From positions 1 through 51,645 of IMG/VR virus record IMGVR_UViG_3300023232_000001: 51,645 nucleotides of DNA; one strand, 5' to 3'. Origin of the DNA: a virus. Lineage: Duplodnaviria > Caudoviricetes. This document shows positions 1 through 6,667 of this stretch, piece after piece. Under the pieces are notes generated by a model. It ran no database searches. It had not been told where the DNA came from and worked only from the letters and a program-made list of their open reading frames with translations. The stretch's first letter is position 1. The number at the start of each line of letters is the position of its first letter. The position numbers and the translations under genes were made by a program.

Positions 1-53
1 ATTATATGGTAATATCACATATTATCGCATAATTTATGTGAAAGGGTGGAATT

Positions 54-296
54 ATGGCTAAAAAGTACGATGTGAGATTAAACATCTATTTGGATAAATC
101 AGAACCAAAGGACAAAATATTGATAGAGTTCTTGGAAAAGAAGTATTCAGAAGTTGGGTTTATAAAAGAAACAATGTATGCACTAGCAACAGGAGAAGCT
201 ATTCAATCTAATAAAAGTGAACTATTGCTGGAACAAGAAGTTGCAGCAGATCAAGAATTTGAACCAGTAAAAGATGCTGAGAATATAGACCTATAG
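54..296 (+). CDS. Small RHH-like DNA-binding protein, ParR/centromere-binding-like
   Basis: Alternating beta-strand VRLNIYL, two predicted helices and an acidic tail; RBS AAAGGGGTGG; next to replicon. Confidence 0.45.
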   Translation: MAKKYDVRLNIYLDKSEPKDKILIEFLEKKYSEVGFIKETMYALATGEAIQSNKSELLLEQEVAADQEFEPVKDAENIDL

Positions 297-557
297 CAAT
301 ACAAATAATACAATTTTAGGTATAGAATGTATTGCTTGTAATTATTGTATATATAAAGACAATAAGGTATATGCCTTAACATAACCACATAATATCACAT
401 TATATAGACGTACAATTACTCTATAGATGTTGCAAGGATAAATTTGTACGGTATAAGCCATACAATAGCCTTACAAACGCTTATAGTAGCCATCTATGGT
501 TATTGCTTATATCTAGCATTAATACAATATATACAAGTAATACATATACTAAAAACT

Positions 558-606
558 TGTGGATAACTTTAAATTTTTATGGATAAATCTACATTTTTGT
601 GGATAA
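558..606. promoter_or_regulatory. Three phased DnaA boxes (putative plasmid-type origin)
   Basis: TGTGGATAA at 558 and 598, TATGGATAA at 578; exact 20-bp period, upstream of rep1. Confidence 0.75.
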
Positions 607-621
607 CTAAAAATTATTATA

Positions 622-650
622 TTTACAATTGCACTAAAATTATGTAAAAT
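622..650 (+). promoter_or_regulatory. SigA-type promoter for rep1 leader
   Basis: TTTACA-N17-TAAAAT. Confidence 0.55.
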
Positions 651-684
651 GGACTTATATTAATCAGAAATTTAAAAATTTGCA

Positions 685-762
685 TAAAAAAAATAAGAGT
701 TCTCAACCGACCAAAGCGATAACTCTTATTTGTACAAACCATAGAAGGTTTTATTTACTTAC
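685..762 (-). ncRNA. Putative counter-transcribed antisense RNA controlling rep1
   Basis: Minus-strand TTTACT(796-791)-N17-TATAAT(773-768); hairpin AAATAAGAGTT/AACTCTTATTT 691-731 followed by a U-run on the minus strand. Confidence 0.55.
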
Positions 763-799
763 AAGTAATTATATATTACTTTTTCAAAAAAGTAAAGAT

Positions 800-851
800 A
801 AATCCTCCTATTTTGTATAACATTTTATGCAAAAAATAGGAGGATTTTTTT
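800..851 (+). promoter_or_regulatory. RBS-sequestering/attenuator hairpin in rep1 leader
   Basis: AAATCCTCCTATTTT (800-814) pairs with AAAATAGGAGGATTT (833-847), followed by a T-run and ATG 852. Confidence 0.7.
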
Positions 852-1730
852 ATGGAAAACAAAACTGGGGCATTCAGAAAGCCAAAAGTATATTTTAGTC
901 AAGTTAGTAATACAGCCTTAAGAGATATTAATTTAAGCTTAAAGGCAAAGGGATTATATTCACTAATCCGAAGTTATATAACCATAGAAGATTTTACATT
1001 GTACAAAACAACCTTAAAAAAACAATGCAAAGAAGGCGAAGAAGCTTTTGAAAGTACATGGAAAGAATTAAAAACAAAGGGTTATTTAATACAATATAAA
1101 TCAAAAGGAAATAAAGGGACATATGAATACGAGTATGAGCTATTGGATATTGCAGATATAGAACTTGCAACCAAAATACATGGTAGTCAAAATGCAAAAA
1201 CGTGTGAAACCAAGAAGGAAAGCCAACCCATCCACATAGGGAAAACCGGGGGGGTGGATAATATACCTAGTGGAAAACTTGGGGGGTATAATAATACTGA
1301 TCTTACTAATACTGATTTAATAGAAGATGATGATGATACCAATACACATAAAATCATCATTCTGTATACTGGTAACTTTAAAAAAACTACAACTACAGAA
1401 GCAACCTTAAAAGAATTGGCAACCACATACAGTTCTGCTGTAGTATTAGATATTGTAGGTAGAATGGTTGAATTAAAAAATGATGGCTCAGAAATAAAAG
1501 TACCAATTAGATATCTTAAAAATAGTTTAGAGAAAGAAGTTAAACCTAAAAAAGATAAAGTACCTAAAAGAACAACCCCAAAAAATAAAGATGTTAAAAA
1601 AACAAATTTTGATAATTTTGATCCTAGAGAAAAGAGTGATAGATATGCTTATTTAGAAGAGCAATGCTTATTGCAGCAAGCAAGTGATGAAGAGAAAAGG
1701 GAATTTGCTGAATTGAGAGGTGAATACTAG
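852..1730 (+). CDS. Replication initiator protein 1 (N-terminal winged-HTH, phage/plasmid Rep type)
   Basis: FSQVSN..LRD..LSLKAKGLY motif; internal G-rich repeats at about 1239-1317; C-terminus shared with rep2. Confidence 0.75.
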   Translation: MENKTGAFRKPKVYFSQVSNTALRDINLSLKAKGLYSLIRSYITIEDFTLYKTTLKKQCKEGEEAFESTWKELKTKGYLIQYKSKGNKGTYEYEYELLDIADIELATKIHGSQNAKTCETKKESQPIHIGKTGGVDNIPSGKLGGYNNTDLTNTDLIEDDDDTNTHKIIILYTGNFKKTTTTEATLKELATTYSSAVVLDIVGRMVELKNDGSEIKVPIRYLKNSLEKEVKPKKDKVPKRTTPKNKDVKKTNFDNFDPREKSDRYAYLEEQCLLQQASDEEKREFAELRGEY

Positions 1731-1767
1731 CAATTCAGTAACAACCAAGTTTTGTAAAAATAATTTA

Positions 1768-2142
1768 CTATTCGTTTAGTATTGTATAGGAATCTAGCAC
1801 TTCAAAGATTTTCAGTAATAGATCTCCCTTAGTCTCTTTTACAGAGATAAATTTCAGTAATACTTTTTTAGTATTTTCATCAAATAAATCAATTTTTTCC
1901 AACAACGTATTTGTATTTTCATCAAGTAAAGTAGCATTGTATTTTTGATTTGTTCTACCTAATAAATAATCTAAACTAACATTGAAAACAGTAGCGATAT
2001 TTAAGAGCATATCGAAGTCAGGTTGATTTGTACTATTCTCATAAGCAGTTATTGTTGTTCTTACTACGTTTAGACGAATTGCTAAATCATTTTGAGTAAG
2101 TCCAATACTTTCCCTGAGTGTTTTTAAACGTGTTCCAAACAA
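1768..2142 (-). CDS. XRE-family HTH transcriptional regulator
   Basis: RLKTLRESIGLTQNDLA...YEN...VSLDYLLGR; start refined to TTG 2142 after AAGGAG. Confidence 0.85.
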   Translation of the reverse strand: MFGTRLKTLRESIGLTQNDLAIRLNVVRTTITAYENSTNQPDFDMLLNIATVFNVSLDYLLGRTNQKYNATLLDENTNTLLEKIDLFDENTKKVLLKFISVKETKGDLLLKIFEVLDSYTILNE

Positions 2143-2374
2143 AATTTTTACTCCTTCCCGTATTCTACATAAAATTGTAATACGTGTGGAGCATAAGAAC
2201 AACAAATGCTATACAACATAACCTTACAAATGGAATTAGCTATAATACATAACATATATCAATTAGAAAATTTTATGGAATTGTGGCATAAAACGTCTAA
2301 AAAACAGTATGAAAAGACATACTGTTAAGCGATTTTTTTAGTAAAATAGAATATAGTAAAAAATTTTAAAAGAT

Positions 2375-2453
2375 AAAGAAAACACCCTGTAATGTTTAGA
2401 CTCTCAAATCAACACATTACAAGGCGCCATACCAACATAATATTAATGCTGCA
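2375..2453 (-). ncRNA. Putative antisense RNA in the leader of the RRNPP receptor gene
   Basis: Minus-strand TAGACA(2487-2482)-N17-TATAAT(2464-2459); hairpin TGTAATGT/ACATTACA 2388-2421, then a U-rich run. Confidence 0.4.
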
Positions 2454-2582
2454 TTTGTATTATAGTATAGTAACTTGAAATTGTCTACATAATATTAAGA
2501 GTTATTATACATATATTGAAATATATAACATGTATGCATTTAATGTTGGTATCTCTTTACCTAAACAGGGAGGAAATATTAA

Positions 2583-3884
2583 ATGTTCGATAATGAAATA
2601 ATATCACCAAACAGTAAAATAAAAAAAATAAGGAAACAATTTCTTAGAGCAACTCAGGAAGAAATTGCATATAATGTGTGCACCAAAACAAATATATCCA
2701 AAATTGAAAGCGGAAAACAAAAATTAACATTTTCTTTAGCAGCTGGACTTGCAAAAAACTTTAATAGAATTGCAGCCGAAAAAAAAATGGATATAGAAGA
2801 AATAACCGCCGAATGGCTGATGAAAGATGAATCAAACAAAGCAAATGAAATGTTTGAACAGATTCTTAACGAATTAAATGGAATAAATAAACTAATTATA
2901 TTCGAGGAAAGACTAGCTGATGCAGAAAGCTTAATAGAAAAACATACTATTTTAGGTAATAAAAAAATACAGTTGTACAAATTAGCATCTTTTTTTTACT
3001 TTGATAAATTTATTTACTCTAAATCTGATGAAATGTGTACTATTGGATTAAAGATATGCTTTAGCAATCAAAATTACTTAGAAGAAGCACATTTTTATGT
3101 TACTAAAGCTAGAAATAATTTTAATAAAGGTAGGTTTAAATATGCTCTAGAGCAATTAGAATATGCAGAAAGAATAAATAGGCAAGAGGATAATGAAGAA
3201 CTCTTTGATAGAATCTATTTTAACAAAGCAATAGTGTATAATAATATGAAAGAATATACTAATGCATTTAAACAATTAGACATCTTAAAGGATAAACACA
3301 ATCTAAACAAAAGGAAGCTATTAGATATAAAAATGTTATATGCTAATTGTTTGATGGATCAAAAAAGTTTTGACAAGGCCGAAAAAGAATATATAAGTAT
3401 ATTAGAACCAGCGATGCAACTTGATGATAAAGAAATACTATCATTGGCATACAGGAATTTGTCTGAATTATATCTATTACAAAAAAAATATAAAGACGCA
3501 GAAATATCTATAAAAGAATCTTTAAGGAACAATGATGAAAATAGACATCTTAATTCTGATTTAATATTTGCATCAAAAGTGATGAAAAGTGTTAATAAAG
3601 ATGCTACAATATATCTATTACAAGCACTAGATATATGCGAAAAAAAAGATAAAGAAAATTTAAGGTTAATCGAAAAAATAATATTTGAACTTATAAAAAT
3701 TTATGAAGAAAGAGACGATGAAGAAGGAATTGATTTTTTCGTTCAAAAATCATACGAACTGAATATAGACTATAGCTTAATATTACAACATCTTGCAGAA
3801 TACTATAGATATAGCAATATAGAAAAAAGTGTATATTTAAGTGAAAAATCTATGAATAAACATAACGAAATTAAAGATTTTTAA
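2583..3884 (+). CDS. RRNPP-family peptide-sensing regulator (XRE HTH + TPR repeats), AimR/Qsr-like
   Basis: N-terminal KIKKIRK..TQEEIA..CTKTNISKIESG HTH; TPR-like helices (YFNKAIVY, AYRNLSELY); 433 aa; followed by a small secreted peptide gene. Confidence 0.88.
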   Translation: MFDNEIISPNSKIKKIRKQFLRATQEEIAYNVCTKTNISKIESGKQKLTFSLAAGLAKNFNRIAAEKKMDIEEITAEWLMKDESNKANEMFEQILNELNGINKLIIFEERLADAESLIEKHTILGNKKIQLYKLASFFYFDKFIYSKSDEMCTIGLKICFSNQNYLEEAHFYVTKARNNFNKGRFKYALEQLEYAERINRQEDNEELFDRIYFNKAIVYNNMKEYTNAFKQLDILKDKHNLNKRKLLDIKMLYANCLMDQKSFDKAEKEYISILEPAMQLDDKEILSLAYRNLSELYLLQKKYKDAEISIKESLRNNDENRHLNSDLIFASKVMKSVNKDATIYLLQALDICEKKDKENLRLIEKIIFELIKIYEERDDEEGIDFFVQKSYELNIDYSLILQHLAEYYRYSNIEKSVYLSEKSMNKHNEIKDF

Positions 3885-3976
3885 AAAAAAAATATTTTTA
3901 TCGTAAATTCTATGATTATGGTACAATATTAAGTGTAAATTAGTCGACAGACTTAACTTTTCAAGGAGGTATTTTA

Positions 3977-4138
3977 ATGAAAAAAGTTGCATTATCGTTA
4001 GTTATGGGAGTTATGCTTTTAGCAAGCACAATAACAGTACAAGCTAAAACAGTAGATACTTCAAAAAGCTCAACAATAGCACCTACAACAAACTCAACCA
4101 TCTACCATCTTCAAAGCGAAAATCCAACAGGCTGGTAA
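3977..4138 (+). CDS. Secreted signalling pro-peptide, 53 aa (MKKVALSLVMGVMLLASTITVQAKTVDTSKSSTIAPTTNSTIYHLQSENPTGW)
   Basis: Not in ORF track; RBS AAGGAGG; Sec signal (MKK + hydrophobic core + VQA); directly after receptor; followed by terminator. Confidence 0.88.
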   Translation: MKKVALSLVMGVMLLASTITVQAKTVDTSKSSTIAPTTNSTIYHLQSENPTGW

Positions 4139-4142
4139 AATC

Positions 4143-4179
4143 AAAAAAACCACTATTTATTAGTGGTTTTTTTATTTTT
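4143..4179 (+). terminator. Intrinsic terminator after peptide gene
   Basis: AAAAAAACCACTA-tttat-TAGTGGTTTTTTT. Confidence 0.85.
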
Positions 4180-4188
4180 AAAACGACT

Positions 4189-4261
4189 AAAAGTTGAGCG
4201 CAATTTTGTCGTTACTCTCAACTTTTCCGATATTGTAAAATCAAGGGGAAATCTATATAAT
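4189..4261 (+). promoter_or_regulatory. Inverted-repeat operator plus promoter P1 (candidate RRNPP-receptor target)
   Basis: AAAAGTTGAG(4189-4198)-N18-CTCAACTTTT(4217-4226), 6 bp upstream of TTGTAA(4233)-N17-TATAAT(4256). Confidence 0.6.
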
Positions 4262-4345
4262 TAGCTTATAGTAAGCATTAAGAAAAAATAATGAATAAAT
4301 ATAATGAATTAAGATATAAATTCAGGAATTATTGCGGCTCCTATG

Positions 4346-4385
4346 CGAACACCAGTTTGCATTAGAGCCAAAGTTATGCTAAAAT
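4346..4385 (+). promoter_or_regulatory. LexA (SOS/Cheo) box overlapping promoter P2
   Basis: CGAAC-ACCA-GTTTG (4346-4359) overlaps the -35 of TTGCAT(4357)-N17-TAAAAT(4380), which has an extended TGn -10. Confidence 0.65.
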
Positions 4386-4414
4386 TATATATAATATTTC
4401 AGGGGGGAATTATC

Positions 4415-4522
4415 ATGAAAGAGCAGATATTTGAATTAATTAAAGATATTAATAATCCGAAAATACTAAGTCTTATACACGCATATGTAAAAGCATTAAA
4501 AGAAATAGCAGATACTAAATAG
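4415..4522 (+). CDS. 35-aa putative antirepressor (MKEQIFELIKDINNPKILSLIHAYVKALKEIADTK)
   Basis: Not in ORF track; RBS AGGGGGG; two amphipathic helices; convergent with the repressor, stops 6 bp apart. Confidence 0.65.
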   Translation: MKEQIFELIKDINNPKILSLIHAYVKALKEIADTK

Positions 4523-4528
4523 TACCTG

Positions 4529-4924
4529 CTATTTCTTTGACTCTATTATACCATCAATCAATGTTAAAATAGAATTAATATATTTATCATCTAGTTTCAT
4601 CATTTTTTGAATAAGTTCTTTTAATTTTTCATTTTTTGACAAAGATATTTCAGCAAGCAATTTTGCGATTTTTTCATCATCCTTAAATGATGTGTATATA
4701 GCTCCATTTCCTTCGAGCAACCAATTCTCACTTACATTAAATTCTCTACTAATTAATTTAATTAAAGATGTTTTTTGCTCTGGTTTAGCGAGTCTATTTA
4801 ATTCTATATTTGCAATAACCGATCGAGTAACTCCTAGTTTTTCTGCGAACTCACTCTGAGTTAACTTATTATTTTTTCTAACTTCTTTTATTCTTTCATA
4901 AGTTTCTATTGTTCTCACCTCCAA
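4529..4924 (-). CDS. CI-like XRE repressor without an S24 autopeptidase domain
   Basis: RIKEVRKNNKLTQSEFAEKLGVTRSVIANIE..VSENWLLEG; 131 aa; divergent from lytic operon; exact start uncertain. Confidence 0.85.
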   Translation of the reverse strand: MEVRTIETYERIKEVRKNNKLTQSEFAEKLGVTRSVIANIELNRLAKPEQKTSLIKLISREFNVSENWLLEGNGAIYTSFKDDEKIAKLLAEISLSKNEKLKELIQKMMKLDDKYINSILTLIDGIIESKK

Positions 4925-4933
4925 TATATATAT

Positions 4934-5033
4934 ATATTAGCACACAATGTTGTGTCAGTCAACACAAAACAAAAGCGAACAAAAAAGTGTTGACTAATAC
5001 ATTGAAAAGAAATAAAATGTGTATAAGAACACA
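4934..5033. promoter_or_regulatory. Divergent promoter switch with three operators
   Basis: Plus TTGACT(4990)-N17-TAAAAT(5013); minus TTGACT(4962)-N17-TAATAT(4939); operators TGTGT-N6-ACACA at 4951 and 5018, AGTGT-N6-ATACA at 4986. Confidence 0.75.
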
Positions 5034-5051
5034 AATGAGGGGGGTTTGTTA

Positions 5052-5222
5052 GTGAACAGTGAAAAAATATTAAGTTCAATTCCTAAACTACAGAAACTTG
5101 ACGATAAAAACATTAATTTAGTGTCAAGTGTAATTGATTCTTTTCTCGCGGTACAGGCTGTTGAACAGGCTTGTAAAAATCCATTAGCATTACAAAAATT
5201 AGTTGCTTCTATGAAGATTTAA
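5052..5222 (+). CDS. Cro-position protein lacking an HTH, similar to the repressor C-terminal domain
   Basis: GTG after GAGGGGGG; KLDDKNIN..ID versus repressor KLDDKYIN..ID. Confidence 0.7.
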   Translation: MNSEKILSSIPKLQKLDDKNINLVSSVIDSFLAVQAVEQACKNPLALQKLVASMKI

Positions 5223-5233
5223 AAACAAAATAG

Positions 5234-5509
5234 GTGATAGAGTTTAAAGAAAATTGGTTTGCATTGTTCATCTGCATTATTAGTGTTAAAAAAACATCAA
5301 TTGATAAGTCATTAATGCAAATGGGGTTGCAAGAATCAGTTGTACGCGGGAAGCAACAACACCCTAGAAAAAGTAAATATTTAAAAGAAGATGTAAATCT
5401 TCTTTTAAAACTCAAGCAAGAGGGTAAATCTAACAAAGAAATAGGACAAATTGTAGGGCTTAATAGGAATCAAGTTTATGGAGTTATAAAAATGTATAGA
5501 AAGAGGTGA
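5234..5509 (+). CDS. Small protein with C-terminal HTH
   Basis: GKSNKEIGQIVGLNRNQVY. Confidence 0.7.
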   Translation: MIEFKENWFALFICIISVKKTSIDKSLMQMGLQESVVRGKQQHPRKSKYLKEDVNLLLKLKQEGKSNKEIGQIVGLNRNQVYGVIKMYRKR

Positions 5510-5513
5510 AATT

Positions 5514-6296
5514 ATGAGTGAAAAAAATGAAATACAAATAATCGGTGTTCTATCAAAAGGTTATGGAATAATGCCTAAAATGGTTGCTTTAGATAAAAAT
5601 TTATCTCTAGAAGCAAAGGGAATTTATTCATTTCTAACTTCATTCTCAGGAGTAGGACAAGGTGTATTTCCATCAGTAGAAATAATTCTTAATTATTTAA
5701 AAATATCGGAAAAAAGATATTATAAATATAGAAAAGAACTGATTCAAAATGGTTATATAACTGTAAAACCTAGGTATTGTGATAATAAAAGAATAAGTAA
5801 TCTCTATATATTGCATATGGATAAAATAGTACCCAGTCAAATTGAACGTGTACAAATTGAAGGCGTACAAATTGAAAGCGTACAAATTGACGTCAGTAAC
5901 AATAACAACTTAAACAATAACAACTTAAACAATAACAATATACAACAACAACTAATCAAAATAGATAATGTTCTTTCAGACTTTAAAATTAAAGAAAGAG
6001 AATCGATTAAAAAATATTGTATTGAAAATAATGTTTCTTCTGTTGTTGTTGTTGAAAAGTTAGAAATATTAAAAACTATGAAAACAATAAGGAATAAAGT
6101 TGGTGCATTACTTACAGCTCTAAAAGAAGATTGGAAACCGACAAAAGAGACAAGCAATACTAATTTAAAGTTTAATAATTTTGAAGGAAGAGAAAAAAAT
6201 GAAAGATATGCTTACTTGGAGGAACAATGTTTATTAGGTCAAGCAAGTGAGGCAGAACGAATTGAATTTGATGAAATGAGAGGTGGAAGTTTATGA
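5514..6296 (+). CDS. Replication initiator protein 2 (lytic replisome organiser)
   Basis: GYGIMPK..D..LSLEAKGIY HTH; internal iterons; position in early lytic operon. Confidence 0.82.
   Translation: MSEKNEIQIIGVLSKGYGIMPKMVALDKNLSLEAKGIYSFLTSFSGVGQGVFPSVEIILNYLKISEKRYYKYRKELIQNGYITVKPRYCDNKRISNLYILHMDKIVPSQIERVQIEGVQIESVQIDVSNNNNLNNNNLNNNNIQQQLIKIDNVLSDFKIKERESIKKYCIENNVSSVVVVEKLEILKTMKTIRNKVGALLTALKEDWKPTKETSNTNLKFNNFEGREKNERYAYLEEQCLLGQASEAERIEFDEMRGGSL
5835..5939 (+). repeat. Iterons inside rep2 (putative lytic origin)
   Basis: CAAATTGA at 5838, 5853, 5868, 5883 (15-bp period), followed by AACAATAACAACTTA tandem repeats. Confidence 0.8.
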
Positions 6297-6448
6297 GTGA
6301 AAAAGAGATATTACAAAAGAAAGTAGTTGAAAGCCTGTTAATGTATGGCGGTTATGATGAAAGAACAGTTGAACTAAGTCAGCAATTAGACGTTATTATG
6401 GTAGCAGAGCAAAGAGTATCAATGGGACTCAATAAATTTAGGTGCTGA
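6293..6448 (+). CDS. Spo0E-like aspartyl-phosphate phosphatase, 51 aa
   Basis: Not in ORF track; MSEKEILQKKVVESLLMYGGYDERTVELSQQLDVIMV..; SQxLD signature; ATGA overlap with rep2 stop. Confidence 0.7.
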   Translation: MSEKEILQKKVVESLLMYGGYDERTVELSQQLDVIMVAEQRVSMGLNKFRC

Positions 6449-6449
6449 T

Positions 6450-6635
6450 ATGGCAGTACTTTCAAATTTAGTAAAAATGTCTGAAGTTCCAGAAATTGTA
6501 GAGAAATTAACCCAAGTAACACAATATAGGCATTCGAAAGCGAATAAGGACGGCAAAACTTTTGGTGAAATACTTACTGAAGAATTAAAGAAATTTGAAG
6601 AAATGGAAATACTGAAACTTGAAAGTAGAAAGTAG
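6450..6635 (+). CDS. Hypothetical phage protein
   Basis: ORF in operon with AGGTG RBS. Confidence 0.6.
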   Translation: MAVLSNLVKMSEVPEIVEKLTQVTQYRHSKANKDGKTFGEILTEELKKFEEMEILKLESRK

Positions 6636-6667
6636 AATTAAAGCTCGCATAGAAAGGGGATAGTGAA

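Noticed and set aside
3943-3949. Spo0A box upstream of peptide gene
   Set aside because: Single 6/7 match only
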